Translations under genes and position numbers: made by a program
Shown here: one piece after another, positions 21,033-31,571 of the stretch
Layout: each line of letters opens with the position of its first letter
Numbering within the stretch: position 1 is the stretch's first letter
Notes under the pieces: generated by a model
Told to the model about the DNA's origin: nothing
The model's input: only the letters and a program-made list of their open reading frames with translations
The model's database searches: none
Assembly (NCBI GenBank): GCA_043289735.1
Contig: CP171343.1
Coordinates: 797,431 to 861,430, forward strand
Direction: 5' to 3'
Origin: Acetilactobacillus jinshanensis
Lineage (GTDB): Bacteria > Bacillota > Bacilli > Lactobacillales > Lactobacillaceae
Length of the DNA: 64,000 nt

Positions 21033-22004
21033 TTATTTTTTAAATTTTAAAGCCAAAGAACCAGCACCGATCGCACCGGCATCGTTACCTAACTGAGCTA
21101 ACTGAACCTTAGTCGAATCACGCACCGGTGGGAAAGCGTTTTCCTGGAAGTAACGGGTGGTCGGCTGTAATAAAGTATTACCGGCATTGGAAACTCCACC
21201 GCCGATAATTACGTTACTAGGGTTAAAGGCGTTAGCAACGTTAGCTAAGGCTAAGCCTAAGTAGAAGCAAACTCGATCAACAACTTGGTTAGCTAAAATA
21301 TCACCGTTATCAGCTAAGTAAAAGACGATCTTAGAAGTAACTTTCTGATGCTTATCTTCTAAGTCCTTTAAACGAGATTTTCCGGTCGTAAACTTTTTAG
21401 CCATATCATGAGCAATATGAACGACTCCGGTAGCTGAAGCATACTGTTCTAAGCAACCGCGCTTACCACAGGTACATTTATAACCACCCGGCTTAACACA
21501 AATATGACCAATTTCACCGGCATCACCGTTACATCCGTGTAATAAGTGGCCTTCGGTGATGATTCCACCACCGACACCGGTGCCTAAAGTAACGAAGACG
21601 ATATCTTTATCATTACTGCCGGCACCGCGGCGGAATTCACCTAAAGCGGCAACGTTAGCATCGTTATCCATAACTAACGGTAAGCCGGTACCCTTTTCAA
21701 TTACGGATTTAACCTGGTGTTTATCGCCCCAGTTTAAATTATAAGCTCCGTAAACAGTACCAGCTTTATTATCAATGGTACCTGGAGTTCCCATACCAAT
21801 ACCTAAGAATTCATCCTTAGTATGATTAGTTTTCGTCATTTCATTATTAATTGATTTAACAATATTAGGTGCAATATGATTACCATTATCAGAGGTATCA
21901 GTCTTAATACGCCATTTTTCAATAATTTTTCCGCTTTCTTCTAAGAAAGCCATCTTAGTAGTGGTCCCACCAAGGTCAACACCAATTAATAATTTATCAG
22001 CCAT
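21033..22004 (-). CDS. glcK: ROK-family glucokinase
   Basis: GVDLGGTTTK, zinc motif GHICVKPGGYKCTCGKRGCLE. Confidence 0.9.
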   Translation of the reverse strand: MADKLLIGVDLGGTTTKMAFLEESGKIIEKWRIKTDTSDNGNHIAPNIVKSINNEMTKTNHTKDEFLGIGMGTPGTIDNKAGTVYGAYNLNWGDKHQVKSVIEKGTGLPLVMDNDANVAALGEFRRGAGSNDKDIVFVTLGTGVGGGIITEGHLLHGCNGDAGEIGHICVKPGGYKCTCGKRGCLEQYASATGVVHIAHDMAKKFTTGKSRLKDLEDKHQKVTSKIVFYLADNGDILANQVVDRVCFYLGLALANVANAFNPSNVIIGGGVSNAGNTLLQPTTRYFQENAFPPVRDSTKVQLAQLGNDAGAIGAGSLALKFKK

Positions 22005-22006
22005 AG

Positions 22007-22237
22007 TTAAATTCCTCCTATTTTCTTGTGATTCTTTTTAGCGCGACGTTCTTCGTATTTATGTTCGTGGATTAAAATCATTTTAGCTTGTAAAAATTGC
22101 TTCTGGGTAATGACGTGGGCCCGATGTAAATGATCAAGCTCTAAAGCCATCACTTCAATGTCCCACATTCGTTTACCGACATAAACGATTATGCCAAATT
22201 TTTCAAGTAATTGTTGAACATCGTATAACGTCTTCAT
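22007..22237 (-). CDS. YqgQ-family small protein
   Basis: 76-aa ORF immediately upstream of glcK, the position of yqgQ in Bacillus; LLEKFGIIVY.. Confidence 0.65.
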   Translation of the reverse strand: MKTLYDVQQLLEKFGIIVYVGKRMWDIEVMALELDHLHRAHVITQKQFLQAKMILIHEHKYEERRAKKNHKKIGGI

Positions 22238-22286
22238 TGTCCCACATCCTTAATCAGATTGCATTATTAATAATATTTATTAGGAA

Positions 22287-22841
22287 TTAAAACCTCGGTA
22301 CAGAATAATCAATCATGTTTAAACGATGAGGAAGACCCACCATATACGCACATAAGAAACCAGCGATTAAGCCACCGAGATGTCCGCTAATGTCGATACC
22401 CGTGGTCAAGAAATCGCTTACTAAATTAAGTAAAATAAAAATAATGAATCCTTTGGTCATTTGCCGAATTAATGGATCGCGCCATGCTATTTCACCGATC
22501 ATCATAAAGGCACCGAGAAGTCCAAAGATGGCTCCACTGGCACCCACAGCTAATGAGTTGTTAAAGGCAAAACTAAAAACGTTTCCCGCAATTCCTGAAA
22601 TCATAAATATAATAAAATATCGAAAGTGACCAAATAAACGTTCAATCTGAATACCTACATAATAAAGTGTAATCCCGTTAAAAAGAATGTGAGTAAAATT
22701 AAGGTGAATAAAGATAGGGGTAATGAATCGCCAGTATTCACCCTGCCTAATTAACGGGTTTACTTTAGCGCCAAAGCGAATTAAATTATTTACATTATCG
22801 GCACCGCCCGCAACGGTCATCGTTAAGTACACTAAAATCAT
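22287..22841 (-). CDS. gluP: rhomboid intramembrane serine protease (GluP-like)
   Basis: EYWRFITPIFIHLNFTHILFN, catalytic GASGAIFG and HLGG. The N-terminus looks short and abuts the 5-FCL remnant. Confidence 0.85.
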   Translation of the reverse strand: MILVYLTMTVAGGADNVNNLIRFGAKVNPLIRQGEYWRFITPIFIHLNFTHILFNGITLYYVGIQIERLFGHFRYFIIFMISGIAGNVFSFAFNNSLAVGASGAIFGLLGAFMMIGEIAWRDPLIRQMTKGFIIFILLNLVSDFLTTGIDISGHLGGLIAGFLCAYMVGLPHRLNMIDYSVPRF

Positions 22842-22846
22842 AATAC

Positions 22847-23123
22847 CTACTTCTTTAGATATCGATCATAATAACCCCCGCCGAAGCCTAACCGTTCACC
22901 TTCAGTCGTAAAAGCTAAGCCCGGAACCACCATCAAATCAATTTGATTCCGGTTTATTTCATGATTATTGAACGGCACCCTAATTCCAAACCGATCTCGT
23001 TGGAATTTCAATCGTCGTACTCATCGTTACGGCAAAATAATTGATGATATAATTTTGATAATTATGATGGGGTTCTTTTTTCAAGCGCTGAACAATCCGT
23101 TTTCGAACCATTTTTTTATCCAT
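22847..23123 (-). pseudogene. 5-formyltetrahydrofolate cyclo-ligase remnant (internal deletion + frameshift)
   Basis: ATG 23121-23123 gives MDKKMVRKRIVQRLKKEP.. and hits a stop. Another frame carries the family's C-terminal signature [31 protein letters not shown]. Only ~90 codons remain of ~180. Confidence 0.7.
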
Positions 23124-23176
23124 ATCGACCTCACCATATAATAAAAAAAGGTTTGGGTATAAAATCCCCCAACCTC

Positions 23177-23329
23177 CTATTTAACTTCACGAAATACCGT
23201 AACTTTTCGTTCACGTGGACAGTACTTCTTTAATTCTAAGCGGTCCGGATTATTACGACGGTTCTTAGAAGTTAAATAAGTACGTTCCTTTTTGCATGAA
23301 GTGCATTCTAAAGTAATGTTGACACGCAT
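23177..23329 (-). CDS. rpmG: 50S ribosomal protein L33
   Basis: Not in the ORF track (50 aa). Hand translation: [50 protein letters not shown]. Confidence 0.9.
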   Translation of the reverse strand: MRVNITLECTSCKKERTYLTSKNRRNNPDRLELKKYCPRERKVTVFREVK

Positions 23330-23432
23330 TAAAATTCACCTCGAATTTATTTATCTATACTTTATTATATTATCATTTTTTATAAAATATTACTAGGGTG
23401 TCAAACAAAATTACTTAACAGCATTAAATCTT

Positions 23433-25502
23433 TTAAGCCTGAGACTTAGCTGCAACGTCAGCCCAATATGCTTTATAGATTTCCTTAGCTAAATTAATAT
23501 TATTAGTTTCAGCATCTTCTGGCAAGTTAGGAATTGCTAACGCAACCACAACTTGCGGATGATTAGACGGCGCAAACGAAGCTAAGCTTAAAGTAACGGT
23601 CTTCTGATGATGGTAATAAGTTTCGGCAGTTCCGGTCTTAGCAGAAATTTCCGGATGAATCTGATCTAAACTAATTCCGGTCTTATATTGATTAGTACCG
23701 TGAACCACGTCATACAGTCCTTCTTTAACGACGTTTCGTTCAGCTGCGGTCATCGGAACTTCGTTTAAAACGTTAGGTTCAACCGAATATTCAACCCGGC
23801 CTAATTTACCGTCATGACCGGTTCCACGAATATCTTTAACGATATGAGGCTGAAGGCGATAACCACCGTTAGCAATGGTCGACATATATTGAGCTAATTG
23901 AATCGTAGTGTAAGCATCGTAATTACCGAATGATTCATCTAAAGCCTGTTCAACATCGCCGGCACCGCTAGGTCCTTTAATTCCGGTTGTTTCACCCGGT
24001 AAATCAATTCCGGTCTTAACACCTAATCCAAATTGATTAAAGTAGCCTCGCATCGTTTGAAAAATCGACGGACTAATGCTATCTAAATTAGCATCTGTAT
24101 GATAATGGAAATGGGCTTCTTTCATCGCTAATTGCATCATATAAGAGTTAGACGATACTTCTAAAGCAGTTGAAGCATCAACGGGCATATCAGAACCGCC
24201 ACCGTGATTAAACCACGATGACTTTTTGGTTCCGTCCGTAATGATCGGTTTATCTTCCTGAATACTGTTATTGGGTGAAATCACGTGATCCATCAGAGCT
24301 CCCGAAACGGTAGCACCTTTAACCACGGATCCCATAACGATATCACTATTGATGGCACCTAATTCATTAGGAGTAATCTTACCGCTGGAAGGTTTTCGGT
24401 TAACCCCGGCCATTCCAATAATATCACCATTATTAGGATTCATAACGACGGCATAGGCTCCGTTAGATTCACCGACGCCGCCTTGATCAGCGGATTTAAC
24501 TAAATTCTGCAGCTGCTTCTGAAATTTACCGTTAATGGTTAGTTGCAGATTATCACCTTTTTTACCGCCGTACTTCTTAACTTCGTTGGATACCTTATTA
24601 CCGCCCATAACTCGAACTTGGGTTTGGGATTTAGTACCCCGTAATGCGGGTTCGTATTCTTGTTCTAGGTAACTCTGACCAACGCTATCGTTTCTTGAAT
24701 AGCCTTCTGACGTTAATTCATTAACTTCGTTACTAGGTAAACCGGTCTTTTCACTAGAAACGGTCCCGGCTAAGGTTTGAATCGATTTACCTTCTGGATA
24801 TTGACGGGACCAACTGGTTCCAATATGAACCCCCGGCATTTCGGATAGATGTTCACCAACTTCGGCTAATTCTTTACTGTTAACGTTAGAACTCTTGATA
24901 TTAGTGGTCGATAACTGATAAGCGCCGTTCATGATGCGATAGATTTCAGCGGCATTCTTCATATGTTTAGTGAAGTGGATTTCGCCGCTGTCCATAACGT
25001 ATTTCAATTCTCGATCATAGGTCTGACTTTCAGACTTCTTATTAACTTTTATCTTATCCATAACGGCCTTGGAGTGATCGATATTGGCTAAATAATAATC
25101 AGCTTTTTGACGCTTGGTTAACGCGTCTTCAGGAACCTTAATATAATCACGCAATCGATCAGCAGTTTTACACATTTTACTGGAAGTTTGGCCAATCTCC
25201 TTAGTGTAAGTAATGGCCCGATGACTCTTATTACCGACTAATAAATGACCCTGGGAATCATAAATCATCCCCCGCTGAACGTTTCCGGTTTTTATCGTAT
25301 TATCAGAACGATTAACTTCCGCTTTAAATTGCGGGCCGTTTAAAACTTGTAAATAAGCTAATTGTCCAATCAAAACTGCAAAAAGAATTCCGACGATCAC
25401 AAAAATGAAGTTAAGACGGAACGGAATTTTAGATTGATCATGATGATTTTGATGATGAAAGATTTCTTTAATAAAATTATTCAAGAAAATAATCTCCTTC
25501 AT
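23433..25502 (-). CDS. class B penicillin-binding protein (transpeptidase)
   Basis: 689-aa ORF; N-terminal TM anchor, SxxK (GSVVKG), SxN (SSNSY), KTG (KTGTAE). Confidence 0.9.
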   Translation of the reverse strand: MKEIIFLNNFIKEIFHHQNHHDQSKIPFRLNFIFVIVGILFAVLIGQLAYLQVLNGPQFKAEVNRSDNTIKTGNVQRGMIYDSQGHLLVGNKSHRAITYTKEIGQTSSKMCKTADRLRDYIKVPEDALTKRQKADYYLANIDHSKAVMDKIKVNKKSESQTYDRELKYVMDSGEIHFTKHMKNAAEIYRIMNGAYQLSTTNIKSSNVNSKELAEVGEHLSEMPGVHIGTSWSRQYPEGKSIQTLAGTVSSEKTGLPSNEVNELTSEGYSRNDSVGQSYLEQEYEPALRGTKSQTQVRVMGGNKVSNEVKKYGGKKGDNLQLTINGKFQKQLQNLVKSADQGGVGESNGAYAVVMNPNNGDIIGMAGVNRKPSSGKITPNELGAINSDIVMGSVVKGATVSGALMDHVISPNNSIQEDKPIITDGTKKSSWFNHGGGSDMPVDASTALEVSSNSYMMQLAMKEAHFHYHTDANLDSISPSIFQTMRGYFNQFGLGVKTGIDLPGETTGIKGPSGAGDVEQALDESFGNYDAYTTIQLAQYMSTIANGGYRLQPHIVKDIRGTGHDGKLGRVEYSVEPNVLNEVPMTAAERNVVKEGLYDVVHGTNQYKTGISLDQIHPEISAKTGTAETYYHHQKTVTLSLASFAPSNHPQVVVALAIPNLPEDAETNNINLAKEIYKAYWADVAAKSQA

Positions 25503-25539
25503 ATCCAGATCCCAAAGCTATGGAAAGGTATGTCCTTTA

Positions 25540-26318
25540 ATATTAAGCTTTTTAACCCCAATCTTTATTATGGCATGTTACTTTGCATATCGCAATATGT
25601 CACCCTTCGGGCATCAAAGTATTATGACCGTAGACCTGGGACAACAGTACGTCGATTTATTTGCTAACTTCAAATCCGTATTTTTAACCATCCCAGCGGG
25701 ATTTTTTATTCATTTTCAAAATCCTTCGGTGGAGAAATGTTCGGGACCTGGGCTTATTATTTAATGTCCCCGCTTAATCTCCTTTTACTAATAATTCCAA
25801 CCTCTTTTTTACCCGCTGGAATTCTAATTATTATTTCACTTAAATACGGACTATCCGGATTAAGCTTTAGTTATCTACTATCAAAGACAATTCACCCCGT
25901 TTCATCACTAACCATTATGTGGTCAACTATTTATGCCCTTAACGGATGGATAATCGCTAACCAAATCAACGTAATGTGGCTTGACGGTATGATTTGGCTA
26001 CCGTTGGTAATTCTAGGTATTAATCAAATCTTTTATACTAAGAATTACATCGCCTATCAGATTGCTAATTTAATAATTTTTAAATTTACATTCATAATTA
26101 CTTTAATCCTTATAAAACCTTCTACCGATCCAAGAACGATCCTCTTAATAACCATTACGCTGGCGGTGACGTCTTCGATTCATCACTAGAGTACACAACG
26201 CCATCCTTTATGCAGAGATTGGACAGCCAGAAGGTTAATTAAGAATAATCCTTTAATTCCGGTAATAGGAACCAGCATCCCTGCAACTAAAGGCTGGCAT
26301 TTAAGAATCGATGGTTAA
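25540..26318 (+). pseudogene. YfhO-family membrane glycosyltransferase remnant (frameshifts + loss of most of the gene)
   Basis: The N-terminal YfhO pattern is spread over 2-3 frames (SPFGHQSIMTVDLGQQYVDLFANFKSVF; GEMFGTWAYYLMSPLNLLLLIIP..LKYGLSGLSFSYLL). A short C-terminal-like piece (..IPVIGTSIPATKGWHLRIDG*) ends at ~26315. ~0.8 kb remains of an expected ~2.5 kb. Confidence 0.6.
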
Positions 26319-26792
26319 TTATTCAACTTTAACGATCTTAGCTTTCATAACACCGGCTGGAATCTTAATGTTAACGGTTTGGCCCTGCTTTTTACCCATC
26401 AAGCCTTTAGCAATTGGTGAATCATTAGAGATCTTACCTTTTAACGGATCCGCTTCAGACTGACCAACGATTTCGTATTTCATGGTGTTGCCGCTTTTAA
26501 GATCTTTAAAAGTAACCGTTCGGCCGACGTTAACCACGTCATCGCTAGTCTTGCTATTATCGACGACTTTAGAATACTGAAGCATGTGTTCAATAGTCTG
26601 GATCTTACCTTCTAACAGACTTTGTTCGTTTTTAGCGGAGGTGTATTCAGTATTTTCCGATAAATCACCATAACCTAAAGCGATCTTAATTCGTTTGATG
26701 ACTTCGGGTCGTTTATGAAGACGTAAATCATCTAATTGCTTTTGTAATTTTTGCTTTCCTTCAGCCGTCATTGGGTACGTTTTTTCAGCCAT
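26319..26792 (-). CDS. greA: transcription elongation factor GreA
   Basis: 157-aa ORF, YPMTAEGKQKLQKQLDDL, GDLSENTEY. Confidence 0.95.
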   Translation of the reverse strand: MAEKTYPMTAEGKQKLQKQLDDLRLHKRPEVIKRIKIALGYGDLSENTEYTSAKNEQSLLEGKIQTIEHMLQYSKVVDNSKTSDDVVNVGRTVTFKDLKSGNTMKYEIVGQSEADPLKGKISNDSPIAKGLMGKKQGQTVNIKIPAGVMKAKIVKVE

Positions 26793-26843
26793 GATATCTA
26801 TCCTTTCTAAATTTCTACGCTAATAAAATTTTTATAATTAATA

Positions 26844-27500
26844 TCAATTATGGTAATTACCGTGAAACTTTAAAATTGAACGAATCTTAGTGGTCAACAA
26901 ATCAATTGCAACTTGATTCTTGCCGCCTTCCGGAATGATTACGTCAGCATATCGTTTCGTCGGTTCGATAAATTGATGAAACATCGGTCTAACCGTCGCT
27001 AAATACTGCTGAATAATCTGTTTCAACGTCCGATGCCGTTCATGAAGATCACGATGAATTCGCCGAATTAAACGAATGTCATCATCAGCATCAACATAAA
27101 CCTTAATATCCATCATATCCCTTAACCGATGATCATAAAGAGCAAAGATTCCTTCCAAAATAATGACGTCGCGGGGCTCTTCATGAACCGTTTTAGAACT
27201 TCTGGTCAATTTACCGTAATCATAGACCGGAACGTCAACCGACTGATAATTTAACAATTTTTTTAACTGACTAATCAGCAAATCCATATCAAAAGCGTTG
27301 GGGTGGTCATAATTAACCCCCCGTCGCTGGGCCAACGTCATATGAGATTGGTCTTTATAATAAGAATCTTGGTGAATAATCAGCAAGGATTTTGCCTTAC
27401 CTACTAACCGATGGAGAATCGCGTTGCTAACGGTGGTCTTTCCGCTGCCTGATCCCCCAGACACACCAATTAACACGGGACGTTTTCGATTTTTTAACAT
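26844..27500 (-). CDS. udk: uridine kinase
   Basis: [16 protein letters not shown]-loop, 218 aa. Confidence 0.95.
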   Translation of the reverse strand: MLKNRKRPVLIGVSGGSGSGKTTVSNAILHRLVGKAKSLLIIHQDSYYKDQSHMTLAQRRGVNYDHPNAFDMDLLISQLKKLLNYQSVDVPVYDYGKLTRSSKTVHEEPRDVIILEGIFALYDHRLRDMMDIKVYVDADDDIRLIRRIHRDLHERHRTLKQIIQQYLATVRPMFHQFIEPTKRYADVIIPEGGKNQVAIDLLTTKIRSILKFHGNYHN

Positions 27501-27870
27501 TTAAATGATGAGTAATTTGCTTTAAGCTCATGGATGGCGATAATTTATAGTATCCAGCTTTTAAATTTTTAACATTGTGCGATTTTATATAATAATTAAA
27601 GGCTAGACCGTTACGAACAACTTTCTGCTGCTGAAGAAGCGAACCGATCTTTCGATCAGACGCGCCCAGCGGTACTTTGACGTTTATAACTTGATCACTA
27701 TGGGAATTTAACGGTCGTAATGATTCTTTCATATAATTACGGCCGACCAAACACACACAGATTCCTAATATAATCAAAATTACGATTACGGATATGATTA
27801 TTTTTTTACCAAAGCGACTCGGCGGACGATGCGCTAAGTTAGTTTGCGATTTCAAGATGTATACCTCCAT
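27427..27870 (-). pseudogene. mltG: MltG/YceG endolytic transglycosylase, 5' third only (catalytic part deleted)
   Basis: TM helix plus the start of the YceG domain (VKVPLGASDRKIGSLLQQQKVVRNGLAFNYYIK...KAGYYKLSPSMSLKQI). The frame then runs straight into the udk start (27500). No room remains for the ~230 missing codons. Confidence 0.7.
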
Positions 27871-27916
27871 TAATTATTGTAATTTACATTTAGATATGGA
27901 GCAAATAACACCTTGC

Positions 27917-30221
27917 CTATCTAATCTGAGCGTTGAACTTACTTTTAAGATTCTTTTGAATCTTTTTAACGGCTTTATTAACCGTTGCTTCAACTAAGGT
28001 TCGCTTCGGATCCTGGAAGACCAAGGTATAAGCCAGTGACTTCTTGCCATCCGGAACGTGTTCACCAGTATAAACATCAAATAGACTAACTGTCGTTAAA
28101 TCTTTACCGCCGCTCTGTTTAATTAAATCAATCACGGCTTGGTTACTTACGGCTTTATCTAACAACAAAGCCATATCCCGGCTAATCGATGGATATTTAG
28201 GCACCGGACGGTACTGTTCAGTACCCTTAAGCATCCCCATTAACCGATGAAGACTAATTTCAAAGACGTAAGTGGGATTGGTAACGTTAAACGCTTGAGC
28301 GACTTTCGGATGAACTTCACCGATCATCCCGATTCGCTGATCGTTAACGTATACATCAGCGGTTCGGCCCGGATGCATATCAGGATGTTTACTAGTTGCG
28401 ACGTATTTAACCGGGCCCGCAACGTCTAATTCCCGTAAGTACAGATTTAAAATGCCTTTCAACTGATAGAAGTCAACAGGCTTAGCTTTTTGGTACCAAG
28501 AATTAGCGTCTAACGAACCGGTAACCGCAGCAGCAACGTGCATCAATTCCGTCGGCTTCTTTTCCTGCTTGGAATCCCGGTAGAAGATTCGGCCCTGTTC
28601 ATACAAAGTGACGTTATTTACACCATGAGCTTGATTATAGGCAACGTCATCTAACAAACCGCTAATTAAATTCATTCGTAATGCTGCGTGATCAACGGTC
28701 ATTGGATAAAGCAGCTTCGTTTCGTAGCATGAACATCCGCGCCTTTTTAGAGGTGGTTAACGTATAAGAAATCGCGTGGCTTAAACCGGCGCCTTCTAAG
28801 ACTTGACGAGACTTACGGTATACCTTTTGCTTAGGCGTTAATTCACCAACGGTCAGTCGACCACCCGGTAAAGTGCTCGGAATCTTGTTATAGCCGTATA
28901 ACTTAGCAATTTCTTCGTATAGATCAGGCGCGATCGTAATGTCCCAGCGACGTGGCGGAACCGTTACCGTAAACTGATCACCCTTGACCTGATCCTTAAA
29001 TCCCAGGCGGCGGAAGATATCAGCAACGGTATCTTTAGATAGATCAGTTCTAAAACGTTGAGCGGCATCATTCAAAGCTTCACCGACCCCGGCATGATCA
29101 ACTCCTCGTTCGAAACGTTTTGACGATTCGGTATGGATACTATGACGACGGGAAGTCATTCGAACCATAATCGGGTCAAAAGCAGCCGCTTCTAACACTA
29201 TGTTCTTGGTCTGGGAAGTTACGTTAGCCTTTAGGCCACCGGATACTCCGGCTAAAGATAATGGCTGGTTAGCGTCCGCAACCACAATATCTTTCGGATC
29301 TAATTCAACTGATTTCTTATCATTATTAATGAATTTTTCGCCCTTTTGTGCATGGCGAGCAACTAATTTAGAACCGGCTAATTTATCTAAATCAAAAGCG
29401 TGAACCGGCTGACCGTACTTCAGCATAATGTAATTAGTTACGTCGACCACGTTATTCACCGGCTGAATTCCACAGTTCCATAAACGAATCTGTAACCATA
29501 GCGGACTGTCTTGAACTTTTACGTCATTAACGACCCGTAACTTATCAATCGGGGCGATTTTAGAATCAGCTGTAGCCTCAATTTCATCTTTAGCATGATG
29601 GCTAGGATCTTCTTTTACTTCGGGTTTAGTGAAGTTAGGCTTCTTATTATAAATTGCAGCTAATTCGTGTACGATCCCGTTCATACTCAACATATCACCA
29701 CGGTTAGGAGTAACGGATAAATCAATAATCTGATCGTCCATCCCTAAATATGGATAAACAGGAGCACCAACTTTAGCGTCATCGGGCAAGTAATAAATTC
29801 CGTCTTGCCATTTATCAGGAACTACGGCTTTATCAAAACCGATTTCATCCAAGGCACAAAGCATTCCGTTAGATCGAACGCCGCGCATCTTAGCCCGTTT
29901 AATCTTAACGTTGCCAGGCGACCCAACTCGAGCACCGTGGACCGCGACGATTCCTTTTTTACCAGCACGAACGTTCGGAGCGCCACAAATAATCTGTAAC
30001 GGTTGGTCAGCACCGACGTCAACCTGGCAAATGTGTAAATGATCCGCGTTCGGATGTTTTTTACAGCTTAAAATTTTGCCCACGACGATCTTTTTTAAAC
30101 CCTTACTGGGTTCAATAATGTCATCATATTCAACGACGGTTCGTTCAATCTTTTCGGCTAACTGTTTAACGGGAACGTTAATGTCTAAATATTTTTTTAA
30201 CCAATCATAAGATAATCGCAT
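27917..30221 (-). pseudogene. pheT: phenylalanine--tRNA ligase beta subunit, split into two overlapping ORFs (509 + 261 aa)
   Basis: ORF 28692-30221 (tRNA-binding domain, B3/4, B5) ends ..EAALSNDR*. ORF 27917-28702 starts MTVDHAALRMNLISGLL and carries the B6-B8/anticodon-binding part. They overlap by 11 nt. 2305 nt = 1 mod 3. Confidence 0.75.
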
Positions 30222-30242
30222 CGATAATCCTCCTCTCTGATT

Positions 30243-31289
30243 TTAATTAAACTGTGATAAGAAGCGCATATCATTTAGATAGAAATCACGGATGTCGTTA
30301 ACGCCGTACTTCAGCATTGCGAAACGATCGATACCTAAACCGAACGCAAAGCCACTTAACTTATGAGGATCTAAGCCGGCGTTCTTCAAGACGTTGGGAT
30401 GAACGACACCGGCACCTAGCATTTCGATCCATCCGGTACCTTTACATACCGAACAGCCTTTACCGCCACAGTTAAAGCAAGTCATATCAACTTCAACGGA
30501 AGGATCGGTAAACGGGAAGAAACTCGGCCGTAAACGAATCTTAAATTCATTGCCGAACATCTTATGAATCAAAAATTCCAGGGTTCCCTTTAAATTGGCC
30601 ATGGTAACGTGTTTACCGACGACTAGGCCTTCCATTTGATGGAACTGATGAGAATGGGTGGCGTCATCATCATCCCGACGGAAGACCACTCCGGGTGAAA
30701 TCATCTTTAACGGGCCCTTGGAAAAGTCATGCTTTTCTAAAGTCCGGGCCTGCATTCCGGAAGTCTGGGTCCGCAGTAACAAATTCTTATCGGGAGTAAT
30801 GTAGAAAGTCGCCTGCATATCACGAGCCGGATGGTGCTTAGGTAAATTCATGCGTTCAAAATTATATTCATCGGTTTCAACTTCGTTACCATTTAAGATT
30901 TCGTAGCCCATTCCTAGGAACAGATCACAAATGTGATCCATAACGGACTGGATCAAATGGGGATGACCGGCATGAACCGGTTTACCCGGTAAAGTAACGT
31001 CGATCTTTTCGGCTTTTAATTCGTTATTTAAATTAGCCTTAGTTAATTGGCGATTTCGTTTCGTCAAGCTTCGAAACAAGATCCCTTTAACCTGGTTAGC
31101 ATATTTACCAACGACTGGACGTTGGCGAACCGGTAATTTACCAATGCCGCGAAGCGTCTTAACGATGGGACCTTTTTTACCTAATAATTGCACCCGAATT
31201 TTTTGGTTCAAAGTCTTTAAATCAGTAGCCTGCTTAATTTCTGACAAGCCCTGATCTTTTAACTGGGTCAAGTTATCTTTTAGCGACAT
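30243..31289 (-). CDS. pheS: phenylalanine--tRNA ligase alpha subunit
   Basis: Start at ATG 31287-31289 ([14 protein letters not shown]) behind an AAGGAGGA RBS; class II motifs [20 protein letters not shown]. Confidence 0.95.
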   Translation of the reverse strand: MSLKDNLTQLKDQGLSEIKQATDLKTLNQKIRVQLLGKKGPIVKTLRGIGKLPVRQRPVVGKYANQVKGILFRSLTKRNRQLTKANLNNELKAEKIDVTLPGKPVHAGHPHLIQSVMDHICDLFLGMGYEILNGNEVETDEYNFERMNLPKHHPARDMQATFYITPDKNLLLRTQTSGMQARTLEKHDFSKGPLKMISPGVVFRRDDDDATHSHQFHQMEGLVVGKHVTMANLKGTLEFLIHKMFGNEFKIRLRPSFFPFTDPSVEVDMTCFNCGGKGCSVCKGTGWIEMLGAGVVHPNVLKNAGLDPHKLSGFAFGLGIDRFAMLKYGVNDIRDFYLNDMRFLSQFN

Positions 31290-31295
31290 ATTAAG

Positions 31296-31545
31296 TTCCT
31301 CCTTATCTAGTAAACAAAAAAGCTTCGTCCCAAAAAGGGACGAAGCTTCGCGGTGCCACCCTATTTCACCTGTCTTATATAATAACAGACACACTTAACA
31401 AGATAACGGCATAACACCGGATATTTTTCGTCTTTTAAGATTCTCAATACCAGTTCGGAAAACGAATTCGGTCAAACTAAACGGTTCTCAGTCCATCCGC
31501 TCTTCCTGTATAAAGTGACCTACTACTTTTTCTTCATAACATTTC
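31296..31545 (-). promoter_or_regulatory. T-box leader with terminator/antiterminator controlling pheST
   Basis: Minus strand AAATAGGGTGGCACCGCG (31349-31361), immediately followed by the terminator AAGCTTCGTCCC-TTTTT-GGGACGAAGCTTTTTT (31314-31348). A GAATTCG stretch contains a candidate UUC specifier. Confidence 0.8.
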
Positions 31546-31571
31546 AATTTAACAATAAAATAATTCTACAA

